Origin: Schmidtea polychroa
Lineage: Eukaryota
NCBI GenBank assembly: GCA_044892525.1
Contig: CM097885.1
Coordinates: 12,712,001-12,776,000 of the forward strand
Reading direction: 5' to 3'
DNA length: 64,000 bases
Shown one piece after another: positions 14,380 to 29,891 of this stretch (the first letter of the stretch is position 1; the number at the start of each line of letters is the position of its first letter). A program made the translations under genes and the position numbers. The notes below the pieces were generated by a model. That model worked only from the letters and a program-made list of their open reading frames with translations, did no database searches and had not been told where the DNA came from.

Positions 14380-16787
14380 TTTATCTAAAATTAACAAAAT
14401 TATCAAAATATTTCAACATTTTTTTCTCTGACGTTTACAATTTCAATATTTATAATTTGTATTTTGATGTAGATAAAGAAATATCATATAAGTATTGTAT
14501 TTTGACTTTGGGCGCAATTAAAATATTTTTTTTATTTTAATGTTAATTTTCAGTGTTTTTCTCATTTATTTTAAATCTTACAAAATTATTTAAATTAAAA
14601 TTTGATAACAAAACGGAAAATGTTGATGGAAAATTAAATAACATTTTGTAACAGAGAATCCAAATTAATAATAGATCAAAATATAAAATCAAATATTTTC
14701 ATAAATAAAATTTATTTGAACAGATTAAAAAGGAATTCAAAATCATCAGAGCAAAAATCGAAATTCAAATAAAATTAATATTATGAGAACTTTTTTCCCC
14801 AATTTCACCATTGATTTTGTTCCATTGAATTTATTAAAGAGCTTGAATACTATAAATCAGTAAATATCGATGCTTTTGATATATTTACTCATTTATAGTC
14901 TTCAAGAACTTTTAATAAAATCAAATTTATTTTACGAAATACTTTTCAACAAAAATTTTATTAATTTCTAAAGGGAAAATTATTTAAGATTTGAATAACA
15001 TTTTACTGGGTAACGCTAAACGGGTTATTAATGTATTCAGAAATTGTGGGGTTTCGGCCTTTGATCTCATGATCTCGTTATGGTTATAAATATTGGGAAT
15101 GATCAACAATTGGATAAGGATATTACACTCATCCAAATATTAGAATATAATTCACTCAGAACATTTAATCTAAATCTTGTATCAAGAATTTTATGAAATA
15201 ATTAGAATAAGTCAATCGGGAAAATGAAAATTTGTAGTAAAATAAATAAATAAAATATTAATATCTGTGAAAATGTTAAAAATCCAAATATTTTGTCAGA
15301 TTTGAATAAGTTCAAATAATAATTTTGAAAATAAATCAATTAAATATTTCATTATTAAAATATTTCAAAGTTTTTCATAATTCATAAATTATAATTATAA
15401 ATAATAATTATTTCCTCTTACTTTTGAAATTTCAATATTTAAAATATGTTTTTTGATGTAGATGAACAAACATTTTATAAATATTGGTTTTTAGCAAAAA
15501 ATTAATACTAATGTTAATTTTCCAATTACTCTCTTATTTATATGTAACTTAATTTCCAAAATTTTTGTTAAAAAATAAAATTAATATTTTTAAATATCTT
15601 TCAAAATTATTTAAATCAAAATTTGAAAACAAAGTAAAAATTGATGAGAAATTGAATAAAATGAAAAATTGTGTAATAAATGGTAAATTATTTTGTGTTA
15701 TTTATTTATAAATTGTAATTACTAAATCTGTGTGTGTGTGTGCTAGACCTAGCCCCAATATACGAACCTATCACTATTGATTTCAATGATAAAGATAAAT
15801 GCATTCAGTGCAAGATATCAAACTCATTATTGAGCGCCCTGGATAGATAAATATTTTTAGCAATATTAATAATCTATAATTATAAAATATGACGATGCCA
15901 GCTTCTAGAGCTTTGATTACGAATCGAATGATTTACAAATAGTTTTGTTTAAATGTTAAATATTTGAGGTGAAAGCTGCAAACCAAAAAAATCAATATAT
16001 TTGATCAATATCAATATTTCAACTTTATTGATCATGTAGACAATTTATTTAATTTCGAATATTTATTAAATACTGATTTTACAGAGTAAAATTAAACCAT
16101 CAATATTTCTAGATAATTATTATACCATCTTGACAGGCAATTTATTACGAGTGTAACGATATGGAGATTATTTATCTGGATGGCTTTGATTGTTGGCAAA
16201 TTGAATATACTGATTAATCAATATTTCCTGTAAAACATATTTAATCATGTTGCGGGGCCCATATCTTACAGTCAAATGTTGTATAGTTGGTAGGAAATCT
16301 GTCCAGTTAATCATTTGTAAATTACATAATCAAATGCCCAACACGAATCAACAAAGAATTGATTATATTCGTATTAGGAAATATTTTTGGACATTTTAGC
16401 ACTTGATTGCACACTTGTGCACTCAAAATATTCAACTAAAACTCAATATTACATGTAAACATAATTTTTACACTATTTCACTTTAATCAATATATTTATA
16501 ATTGATAAATATAAATAATAATAACATTTTGTCACAAAGTCATGGTGGACTGCTATCAAATTTCTAGAAGACTTCAAAAATGCAAAAAATGTTTTGACAT
16601 TAAATTTATTACAATATGAATATTTAAACACAAAAATCATTTATTGTTGTGGACTGTGGAACCCATTTACCTCCAAGTTAACATTTTGACAAATATATTT
16701 TGATTTTAATTATTACAGATTAAATTAAGTACCACAAATAGAGGATAAATTTATAATTAAAATCAAATAGTTTATCTTAATTTGAAA

Positions 16788-16970
16788 TCTAATATATAAA
16801 GATGAAAGTTTGTTTGTTTTCTATAGAATTCCCCACCGTTGGACCTAGGGTGCTGAAATTTTGCATGTGGCTCTCATTTGACTGAGGATAGTTCATAGGC
16901 TATATTTCAACCCCAGGTGACCCCCATTAGGGTACCCTTAGTCGGTTTTTTGTCTGTTCGGTCAGCAATT
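16788..16970 (+). mobile_element. Possible 5' end of a non-autonomous Helitron-like element
   Basis: A|TCTAATATATAAAGATGAAAGTTTGTTTG start and CTGAAATTTTGCA motif resemble invertebrate Helitron-derived repeats; no 3' CTAG end identified. Confidence 0.35.
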
Positions 16971-17084
16971 TATCATATAAATAATTTATTATATGCCTGC
17001 TACTTGCAGTTGAAAGTAATATAATTTAGTCAAAAGTTTTCAAAGAAGAATTCAAACATGGAGAATTTCAATTTGCAATTAAAT

Positions 17085-17648
17085 AATTAAATTAAATTTA
17101 AATTAAAAAATAATTAAATTAATTCAAAAAAAAAAAATAAAAAAAAATAAATAAATAAAAATAAAAATAAATAATAATAAAGCTTAAGTAATTAAAATAA
17201 AATATTAATAAACTAATAAATTAATTAAATATAATAAATTAAAAATTAACTAAAGTAAGTAATTAAAATATAACATCATAAAATAATTAATTAATAAAAT
17301 TAAAAAGAAAAAAAAAATAAATAGAAGTAATTAAATAAAATTTAAATTAAAAAATAAATAAATTAATTAAAAAAAAAATAAATAAATAAAAATAAAAATA
17401 AATAATAATAAAGCGTAAGTAATTAAAATAAAATATTAATAAACTAATAAATTAATTAAATGTAATAAATTAAAAATTAAATAAAGTAAGTAATTAAAAT
17501 ATAACATCATAAAATAATTAATTAATAAAATAAAAAAGAAAAATTAAAAAGAAGTAATTAAATAAAATGTTAATTTAAAAAATAAATGATTCGATTGGTC
17601 TATATTTGATCTTGATATTCCATGACCTTGAAAGTGCGCTGGAGTCCT
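17085..17648. repeat. AT-rich approximately 240 bp tandem duplication with unique tail, repeated directly at about 24100-24489
   Basis: Both copies end in GATTCGATTGGTCTATATTTGATCTTGATATTCCATGACCTTGAAAGTGCGCTGGAGTCCT. Confidence 0.85.
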
Positions 17649-17934
17649 TACTACATACTACTATAACCCTTAGTCATACCGGTCGACAAATGCCCTCCCC
17701 AGGTGCCCCGCAATATTTTCATTTGGTTAACTGGTTATTAGTCACTGGTTATTGGTCACTATATATAACAAAGTTTTTTAGAAGTTGAGGGAATCATCCA
17801 AGTATTTCTCTTATATTGAACGATCTTTTGGTCACTGGTTATTAGTCTGATTATCCTAAATATATTTTTGTACTTGTTTTAGCATAAATTTCGAAATATT
17901 TATTAATTATTTAATACAAATTAGGATTACTTAG

Positions 17935-18997
17935 CGTTTTCTTGGATTTTTATTCATACATTATATAGATAAAATTTAATTTTCTATAAAATAGCTTGAT
18001 TAAAAATTATGTCTCCTATGTTGTGTGTAATACACACATGTTTTTACGATAAATTTGTATTTTTCATACAGTTAACGTAATTTTCTTAGGATTTTATTCA
18101 TATAATATATAGATAAAATTTAATTTTCTATAAAAGGGATTGATTAGAAATTATGTATCTTGTTTTGTGTGTAATACACACATGTTTTTACGATAAATTT
18201 GTATTTTTCATACAGTTAACGTAATTTTCTTAGGATTTTATTCATATATTATATAGATAAAATTTATTTTTCTATAAAATAGCTTGATTAAAAATTATGT
18301 CTCGTATGTTGTGTGTAATACACACATGTTTTTACGATAAATTTGTATTTTTCATAAAGTTAACGTAATTTTCTTAGGATTTTATTCATATAATATATAG
18401 ATAAAATTTAATTTTCTATAAAATGGATTGATTAGAAATTATGTATCTTGTTTTGTGTGTAATACACACATGTTTTTACGATAAATTTGTATTTTTCATA
18501 CAGTTAACGTAATTTTCTTAGGATTTTATTCATATATTATAGAGATAAAATTTAATTTTCTATAAAATGGATTGATTAGAAATTATGTATCTTGTTTTGT
18601 GTGTAATACACACATGTTTTTATGATAAATTTGTATTTTTCATACAGTTAACGTAATTTTCTTGTATATTTATTCATATATTATATAGATAAAATTTAAT
18701 TTTCTATAAAATAGCTTGATTAAAAATTATGTCTCGTATGTTGTGTGTAATACACACATGTTTTTACGATAAATTTGTATTTTTCATACAGTTAGCGTAA
18801 TTTTCTTAGGATTTTATTCATATAATATATAGATAAAATTTAATTTTCTATAAAATAGCTTGATTAAAAATTATGTCTCGTATGTTGTGTGTGTTAATAC
18901 GATAAATTTGTATTTTTCATACAGTTAACGTAATTTCCTTGTATATTTATTCATATATTATAGAGATAAAGTTTAATTTTCTATAAAATGGATTGAT
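17935..18997. repeat. 144-bp tandem array, about 7.4 copies, two unit variants
   Basis: CGTAATT recurs at 18076, 18220, 18364, 18508, 18652, 18796 and 18929. Confidence 0.95.
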
Positions 18998-19579
18998 CTA
19001 GAGTTTAAAATGTTGTATTATTTTATTACTTTGTTGCAATATTTTTATAATCTTATAACAATTTGCTTAAATATTTTACATCTGGTGAAATATTTCCGAA
19101 ATATGTTATTACTTTGTTGATTTTACTGAAAGACTTCACAATTTATTACAATATTCTTTTTAATTTGTTGTCCGTCTTCGAAATAATGTATTTATTTGTC
19201 CCAATTAACATCATTATTTTATTACTTTGTTGCAATATTTTTATTATTTTAGTTACAATTTGATAAATATTTTAGAACTTTGTTGAAATTTTCTGAAATA
19301 TGTTACTACGTTGTTGTAATATTTTCTAATCTTGTTACAATTTGCTTAAATATTTTACAACTGTTGAAAATTTATCTGAAATATGTTATTACTTTGTTAC
19401 AATTTTATGAAAACGTTATTACTGTTTTGCAATTTGATGAAAAATGATATTACTTTGTGGGTTCATCGCATTATTTTTTATTAAATTATTATGAAAATGT
19501 TGAATAAGTCAACTTTAGCATTAAAATGTGTTTTAAAATATATTGAAGTTTTAAAATACTGCAACGTAATGCATTTATT

Positions 19580-19690
19580 TTTCCTACCCCTTCCATGATT
19601 TTGATTGGTCAGAATATATTTATTTTTCCTACCCCTTCCTTGATTTTGATTGATCAGAATGTAATCATGTGTAATATATAAGCAGTAACT
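19580..19690 (+). promoter_or_regulatory. Putative pPolB promoter (duplicated inverted CCAAT module plus TATA)
   Basis: Two copies of TTTTTCCTACCCCTTCC.TGATTTTGATTG.TCAGAAT followed by TATATAAG. Also at about 27496-27552, and a related copy at about 40435-40475. Confidence 0.55.
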
Positions 19691-19941
19691 TTTCAAATGT
19701 TTGTCATTTAAACTTTTAATTTAACTTATATAAGTGAATAATTTTTTATTCTCTATCTAATATTAATGATTATTTTCTTTTAGTGAACGGATGCAGTTTA
19801 TATAAATTTTGTATTGCCGAAAGTCATGAAGATGTGGAGAACTGTAAATCAGTTACATCATCATATTTCAAGATAAATGACTCTACCTTATCGGGTTACA
19901 TATGTCCGGAATGTCTTATTATATCACCAGGTAGGTGGTAA

Positions 19942-22900
19942 ATGTTTGTACGACAACACGGACACCATCTTAGAAGATTCGAAGAAACGAAGAGCAGGAT
20001 GATCACTAAAAGTAATACTCTTTCTACTATTAACAATTATTAATTTTTTATAGTACAATCGAAAATGAATACATCATACGATCCTAAGCAGATTAAAGAA
20101 TATGTTACAAGTTATGTTATTTAAGTTGTTTAATATTAATTATAAATATAGTTAGACAAAACTCTGGCACCACAAAACGAAAGTCAATATTTTACGGAAA
20201 TGGAGACTCTAACATACAATTGTGTCCACGTCGGGAGTCTGACTTAAATGGTTCTCGTGTTGAATTGACAAGCGATGTATCTGCAATTAATTCTCCTGAC
20301 ATTGTTGTTCCAGATTGCCTCATCAAAGAAATAGAAGATCATATTCAACGAATGGGGACAGTAAAAATCCAATTTGGACTTTGTGCAGAGTTTATCAAAG
20401 AGGATGGTGAAATTAAAAAATGGTGTTTGTCGAATAAAGCAATTACAATGTCATCTTCATTTATTAATGATGGAATTGAAAAATTAAAAGAAAAGTTGAA
20501 GAAATACACTCAACAAAGTAGTGGGTGGAGAATTCATAAAATATTAGAAGTTACTATGATTTTAACTAAATTATCAGACATAATCCATGTATCTGGTAAG
20601 TTTATTTACATTATTATATATATAAATCAAGATATTTACTTAGGTTCAAGTTACATTAAAACGCCAAATTACCTGAAAAACTGCCAGGCTTTAGTTAATG
20701 TTCAAAATAATGATCAATTCTGCTTTTTATATAGCATACTGGCCGTATTTCATTATGATGACATACGTCGGGATAGAGAAAGAACAACAAAATATAACTT
20801 AAGTGGTAATATATATATTTATAAATGTCATAAATCATTGAAATTTGTTTTTAAGACTTAAAATGGAAATTTGAATGGTTTCCGATGAAGTTGGTTAACA
20901 TTTGCCAATTCGAAGCAATGAATCTAAATCTAGCGATCAATGTTCTCAAATATAATAAAGATCCAATTAAACAAAAAACTAATGATATTTTCAAGAATCC
21001 GTTCGTTGACTTGGTATATAGAAGTACTTCGACGGGATCTCAAATATATCTCTTATTGATTGAAGAAGGTAATATTTCCATTAATCATTAAAATATTAAC
21101 TAAATTTTAGAATTAAATTATCATTTTTTGGCTGTAACCAATCTCGATCGACTGCTGAATTACAGAGATAAAGTAGAAGGAGTCAGAATCCAATCACATT
21201 GGTGTCATACATGTCTTCATGGGTTTCAAAAACGTCCTGCTTTTGAAAGACATATAGGTCTTTGTAGGAAGAATGTGGAGCGGACGACTCTATACTCAAT
21301 GCCAGAGAATAAATATATCGAATTTAAAGACTGGAGTAAAACTATAAAACAGCAGTTTGTTGTCTACGCGGACTTTGAATCAATATTACCTCTAGATGAC
21401 AAGCACTTCCAAAAACATGAGCCGATTGCATCTGAATTTGTGCTTCTTCATCAAGGTTGTCCGATTCGAAATGAAACATTTGTTGGGAAAAACTGTATCA
21501 TTCAGTTTATACAAGCATTGGATGATATAGCTACAGACATAGTTTATCCGTGGTATAAAATTAATGGATCGAAGGAAATGATGGAACTCACTTGGGAACA
21601 GCAGGAAGAATTTACGAATCAAACTCATTGCTACCTTTGTAAAAAGATTATCAATATACCTGTTCGGGATCATGATCATTTTACTGGTCAATATCTCGGA
21701 GCAGCATGTCAACATTGCAACTTGGCTAGAAGAATCAATCCGTCTTTACCTGTTGTATTTCACAATCTTCGTGGATATGACATTCATCATATATTAAAAT
21801 ATGCAATTGCAAAATTCCCCGATTGGAATTTAAATGTTATTCCTCAATCAACAGAAAGTTTCTCACACTTACAGCGACATCGAAAGGCAGAAGAATTAGA
21901 TTCATTGATTCTTTACAACTTTTAAATAGCAGCTTGGCAAATTTATCAAAAAATTTACCATGTCTTCCACTGACCTCAGATGTTTTCGAATCACAGATGA
22001 TGACTTGTAAAACCATTTTTCCTTATGATATGGCTACATCAATGGATGCTTTACAGTCAATAACAGAATTACCACTGATTTGGGAGGGAGTTAGTGAAGA
22101 AGATTATATACATGCAAATCGAATCTGGCAACAATACAACTGTGAGACACTGCTAGATGCTAATATATCTCAAGCTGGATGTTTTTCTGTTGGCCGATGT
22201 TTTTGAAGCTTTCAGAGAAAAAACATTTGACGAAGATGGACTTGAGGCTTTATCGTTTGTTTCCATACCCGGATTAAGTTGGGCATCAGCTATTAAACAG
22301 TTACCTGAACCGGTAGAACTTATTCAAGATCCAGAGCTTTACCGTTTATTTGAAGCTGGTATTCGTGGTGGAATGACATTTATCAACAAACATCATGTTG
22401 AAGCTGATGAATCAACACAAATGTCATGCCTAGATGTTAATAATTTATATGGATGGGCGCTGTCGCAAAAACTTCCTATTGGTGAATTTAGATGGATAAA
22501 TGATCAGACTGAAATGAATGGTATTGTTGAAAGATGTGCAAATGGGGATGAGTTTGATGGAGATCGTGGATATGTTCTAGAGGTTGACATCGTCATTCCT
22601 GATAGTATACAAGATAAGCTAGATGATTTACCTATAACTCCTGAGCTTTGTTATCCACCTGGTAGTAAAGTTGAAAAGCTGTTGTTAACTCATGAGCCTA
22701 AGAAAAACTATGTAGTTAATGGTAGAATTTTGACAGAGTGGTTGAGTTACGGCGCAAAAGTCACAAAAGTTAATCGTGCTGTAGAATTCAAGCAAGTGGC
22801 TATTTTCAAAGGATATATTGATTACAATACCAAAATGAGAGCAGCTAGTACGGATTCGTTTCAGCGAGATTATTATAAGTTAAAGAACAACAGTTTATAC

Positions 22901-23710
22901 GGTAAAACTGTGGAAAACTTGAAGAAACGTATAAATTTGAGATTATGCAGCAAAAGCAAAAGATTGATAACTTATTGTAGTAATCCTATGTTTTGTCGTA
23001 GCATCAAGATTGTTGATGATCTCATTGCTGTTATACTTGATAAGGAAATGGTGTGTTTAGATAGACCAATGTATATTGGACAAACCGTACTTGATTTATC
23101 TAAACTTCGCATGTACCAGTTTCAATATAAAGAACTACAGAGTTATAGAGAAGAATTCAATTGTCAAATTAATATCGTAGCCGGTGACACAGATTCCTTC
23201 TTTTTAGAGTGTAAAAATGTTGATTTACGCTTACAACTATATCCAAAAATGATTGAAGATGGGCTCCTAGATACTTCAAATTATCCAGTGACTGATCCAT
23301 TGTTCTCAGATAAAATTTGTTCGGTAATCGGGAAAGTTAAGGATGAGAATAAAGGAAATCAATATAAAGAATGGGTGTTTCTTCGACCCAAGTGCTACTC
23401 ACTCCAAGGCGATAAAAACACTCTAAAAGCCAAAGGAATAAGTCTTACAAATTCTAATATCACCCATGAAGCTTATAAAAAAGTGTATACTGATGGTCGA
23501 ACAGTGAGCATCCAACAAAAGAGAATAGGAAGTGTTAATCATCAGTTGTATACTTTCATTACAGAAAAACGAGCTCTCCAATGTTTGGATGATAAAAGGT
23601 ATTGGTTCAATTCTAATGAAAGCTATGCCTACGGTCACTATAAGATTCGTCAAATGCATATTGCAACTGCTCCGTCTACAAATGAATACAAATCGAAACA
23701 AGCACTTTAA
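19942..23710 (+). pseudogene. polB: Polinton/adintovirus protein-primed DNA polymerase B, spliced, with two frameshifts
   Basis: Exonuclease motifs YADFES, FHNLRGYD, YLKLDV; polymerase motifs LDVNNLYG, KLKNNSLYGK, GDTDS; EndoVII-like CYLC..RDHDHFTG..CQHCN. Introns 20012-20053, 20111-20151, 20596-20643, 20806-20855, 21069-21110. Frameshifts near 21860 and 22157. Start codon uncertain. Confidence 0.92.
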
Positions 23711-25621
23711 CAATTAAATTTATGTGAATAATAAAATATATATTGTGAATTATTTGACTTAGTTAATTAAAATGTGTTTTATCATTTAATTATTCATTTG
23801 TCCAATTAATTTAGATAATTAGTTTCAAGTAAGAAATATTATTTTTGTGTTTATTTTATTTATTTTTTCCGAAAAATTAATATCCGGTTTATCCAAAATT
23901 AACTCAGCGTTTTATTTTATAATAAATTAAATAATTTCTAATTAAAATTTTATTCAAATTGAATAATTACTAATTAAAATTTTATTCAAATTGAAATATT
24001 ATTGTTATAATTTACCTCTTGTTAGAATATAATGTAAATGTAAAATTAAAAAAAAAAATAAATAATAATAATAATAATAAATAAATAAAATAATACTAAA
24101 ATAAAAACATAATAAAATAATTAATTAAGAAAATTAAAAAGAAAAAAAAATAAATAAATAAATATAAGTAATTAAATAAAATTTAAATTAAAAAATAAAT
24201 AAATTAATTAAAAAAAAAATAAATAAATAAAAATAAAAATAAATAATAATAAAGCGTAAGTAATTAAAATAAAATATTAATAAACTAATAAATTAATTAA
24301 ATGTAATAAATTAAAAATTAACTAAAGTAAGTAATTAAAATATAACATCATAAAATAATTAATTAATAAAATTAAAAAGAAAAATTAAAAAGAAGTAATT
24401 AAATAAAATGTTAATTTAAAAAATAAATGATTCGATTGGTCTATATTTGATCTTGATATTCCATGACCTTGAAAGTGCGCTGGAGTCCTCATTATATACT
24501 ACTGGTTATCGTTGTGATTTATTCATCCCAGATGCCCAAATGATTTGTTGAAATATATTCCCTCCTGTGTACCCATGACTCCGAGTCATGTTGGTGCTGT
24601 ACACCGAGGTCGGAACTTGTGAGCAGGTGAGCTCCGTTGCCAAAACTACTCCTCACAGCATTCGCGGTTCGGGTTCGGAATGCCTTAGAAGGACTTACAT
24701 CACTAAATGTAGGGAAATCGAAAAAATAATTCGACAAGAATATTTTTTTCAATGAAAAACAAATAAAATTTTTAAAATAATTAATATAAAAAATAAAAAT
24801 ACTTAATCAAAAATTAAGAATAAATAAAATATTATATCAAAAATGAAATTTTAATATTAAAAAAAATTAATTTTTAAAAATGATAAATATTAAATATTAA
24901 ATAAATAAAATTTAAAAATTTAACAAAATTAAAATAATATTTTTTCTGTATTTTTCTTAATATTTCATCTTTTTACTATATATTAATTTCATTTTATATG
25001 TATGTTTGAATGTTTATATAATCCACACAAATCTTGCGACGACAAAATAATTTACTTCTTGCGCTCAGATCGAGCTGAAATTTGGCAGATTATTTCTTCA
25101 TTGAGAACAATGCATTCGTTCAAAATTTCAGATCGATCGAAGGTATCATAATTAATTTTTAAAGGTTTTCAAAATTTCTTTCAAAATATTAATCAAATGT
25201 TCATTTCAAAGAAATTTCTTAACTAGGTGATTTTTCGTAATATTAAATATTTCTAGATTTTCTGGTTTCCCGACTTTTTTTAATTTTCGGGATTCGAAAA
25301 ATTCTCATTTTTGATAAAAATATTTCTCGAGAATCGGGATGATTTTTAAATTTCCCGAGAATTCTCGTGATTTCCCGAATAAAAATCCTATATAAAACTA
25401 AAAAATAAAACTAATTTGAACAAATAAATGGTATTTTGGTATTCCTTTATTGAAAACAAAAATTATACATTAAATAATTCATAATAATTAAATTAAAAAT
25501 ATTCATATATAACTATATATTTTTTGTATTACAAATACAATTTATTGAAAAAAAATGAAAATGAAAAATAAAAGAAGCAATAATAACCTTAAAACCTACT
25601 GGTCCCAACTAATACAATAAA

Positions 25622-27330
25622 AGGACTAACAATTTCAATAAAACAGATATATTATTTTTCATGTTTTTGAAAATAATTTTTCAAAATAAAAGGACAATTT
25701 AAATGTTTATCTGTCAAACGTTCTCTTAGTTTGGATGCAAAATTATTTGAAACAGAAAGGTTTCTCTCATTTTCTGTTGAAGTAGGTTTTGTAGTCATTA
25801 TTGCTTCCTTTAGCTTTTTTAAATTTTCGGTTATATTTTCAGTTGCTTCATAAATACTTATTTCTTGGGAAAGTACACGATATTCGTCATCGCTCACAAT
25901 TTTGATTGGTGCCAGTGTTTTTGAAATAGATTCTTCCAATTGCTTGGTCATATTACACATTTTTATATTAGAATTATTATTATTTTCTTGAGTAATTGTA
26001 ATACAATTTTCGTCATCATTTTCTATTACCATATCCACATCTTCATCAGTGTTTTTAAACAACCATTTTAAAATCAATTTGGCTCTCTTCATTACTTCAC
26101 ATTTAGAAAATTTAATTTTAAAAAAATATCCTCATACTCATGTTGATCTTCAGGAATACAAAAAGTATTATGATCCAGTATAAATTTAAGCAGTGATACT
26201 AACGTAACGTCTCTTCTTTTTGATATTTGAGTTTTTATTTCTTTTAAAAGAGATGAACTTATTGCAGTCTTTTTTTAAGAGTTGCAAATAAAAATTTCAG
26301 TACATCTTCAGCAGATAATAAATTCATATTTTTTTTATAATAGTAAATTTTAAATTAAATTCAGTAGCTGCAGTTGATCTACTATCAGTATCACCAATAC
26401 CATATTGCCAGTCATATTCATCTTCTGATGAATCGGAGCAACCACTATCACTATTTTGTACACTAGAGCTGAAACCTTTTTGATAAAATGTTGAAATAAT
26501 AGCTAAATGCACTGCATAATTATAACATAATTGCTGGAATGCTGGTGAAAGTTTACCGAATTTTATCATCACACTCGCACAATCACTTGCAGTAGCAACT
26601 ATATCAGTTGAAAAATTTAAACTGAATGATTTCAAATTTAAATCAACTAATTCAATGGCTTTTTCGGCAGAACAAGATCCATCTATACGAATTAAGACCA
26701 AATATTCGGATTCTCCGTCATGATAATATAATTGTATACTTGTCCACTCAACGATTGACTTCGAGAATTTTTTATAATTGGATTTGATCAAATTTATTTT
26801 TTCAATTATTTCTAACTTTTTTTACAGCGGTGGCTTAAATTTCGATTTTTGAACATAAAATATATTTTTTCTCGAGAAAACCCGAAAAATAGTTTAAAAA
26901 AAAATCTCGGGAAAATGGAAAAACAAATAAATTAGTTTTCCAGAGAATTCCAGGAGGAGAATTCTTGAGACAGAAACTTTAAATATTTCATAACAATGAT
27001 CACGCATATTGAAATTTTAATTTTAAGAGAATGTAAAAGAGTGAGATATAGAGAGAGTTAAGAAACTATGTTTTTACGGTTAGATTTTAATATAATTCAT
27101 AATGCGTATCAGCCAGGAAGAAATTCATGCTAGAGAGTTACAGGAGGATAAATTACAAAGTTAACTTTCATCCGAGAATTTTTAAGTTCTCCAGACTATG
27201 AATAGTAGTAGCGTTTTAGGCGATGTAGGCCAGGCGCCCCCAGCCGATGTAACATTTATTAATTTCTCTAATTTACAATATAAATATCACTTCATAAACC
27301 CATTTTCAAGTCTTAAAGTTGATATACTAC
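25622..27330 (-). mobile_element. hAT remnant copy 2 plus flank (duplicate of about 1312-3285), without the MITE
   Basis: ORFs 25652..26092 and 26324..26791 are near-identical to those at 1343 and 2464. Confidence 0.88.
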
Positions 27331-27337
27331 AAATTCT

Positions 27338-28675
<1,338 letters not shown>

Positions 28676-28756
28676 AGTAGATGGTATGGTCACCGCGAAA
28701 ACAGGTCACCGCCAGCACAAAGACATTCCCCCCCCGCCGGGAAAATTTTTTTTTCA

Positions 28757-28949
28757 ACTTGAGAACAAAGACATATGACTCATCCGATGACTCATCAAGC
28801 ATTCAAGGTCGACTTGAGAACAAAGACATATGACTCATCCGATGACTCATCAAGCATTCAAGGTCAACTTGAGAACAAAGACATATGACTCATCCGATGA
28901 CTCATCAAGCATTCAAGTTCGACTTGAGAACAAAGACATATGACTCATC
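28757..28949. repeat. 55-bp tandem repeat x3.5 in the left Polinton arm
   Basis: ACTTGAGAACAAAGACATATGACTCATCCGATGACTCATCAAGCATTCAAGGTC unit at 28757, 28812, 28867 and 28922. Confidence 0.95.
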
Positions 28950-29168
28950 AATGATATATAATTATTATTATTTTTAAAAATATTATTATTTCTAATGTCT
29001 TTGTGCTCGCGGTGACCTACTATTTGGCCTGCCAAAAGATATCGTTTCCATCAACTTATTTAATCGATCAATGACTCATTCTGAAGCTTGGTGCAAGACC
29101 TTTCGAATGAGCTATAGTTGTCATCACCATCTTTATTATTGGCAAAGCTATTAACATTTTCCAAAGAC

Positions 29169-29252
<84 letters not shown>

Positions 29253-29361
29253 ATTAGTATTATTATTATTATTATATACTCCGAGTTTATCCGACAAAAT
29301 ATTTTGTCCCCCTATGGGTAATGCTCAAAAGGGTACTGCTCACGCTCAACAACTCACAAGG

Positions 29362-29417
<56 letters not shown>

Positions 29418-29529
29418 ATTAGTATTATTATTATTATTATTATATACTTCGAGTTTATCCGACAAAATATTTTGTCCCCTTATGGGTAATGCTCAAAAGG
29501 GTACTGCTCACACTCAACAACTCACAAGG

Positions 29530-29573
<44 letters not shown>

Positions 29574-29584
29574 ATTATTATTAC

Positions 29585-29659
<75 letters not shown>

Positions 29660-29891
29660 ATTTCAAATTTCTATCATATGTTAACTAAAAAAATCATGGT
29701 TAACTAAAAACATAGTCGAATATTATAAAATTTATAGTATTGTGTTAGCACACACTCGTTATAATAATTAGCAATATAGTTTTCCTGGTGTATCAAATCA
29801 AAACCTTTCTTTTACATTTATAGTCTATCAACCAATCAAAATCATACGGTATTAGTATAAATAAAACATCATATTTTAAATTATTGTAGAA

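Noticed and set aside
17935..18997. CRISPR-like array (also considered for 28757-28949 and 39560-40266)
   Set aside because: No unique spacers, no cas genes, eukaryotic context.
24520..24720. GC-richer patch, perhaps a non-LTR retrotransposon 3' relic
   Set aside because: Only a faint FAVRV.NAL resemblance; insufficient.
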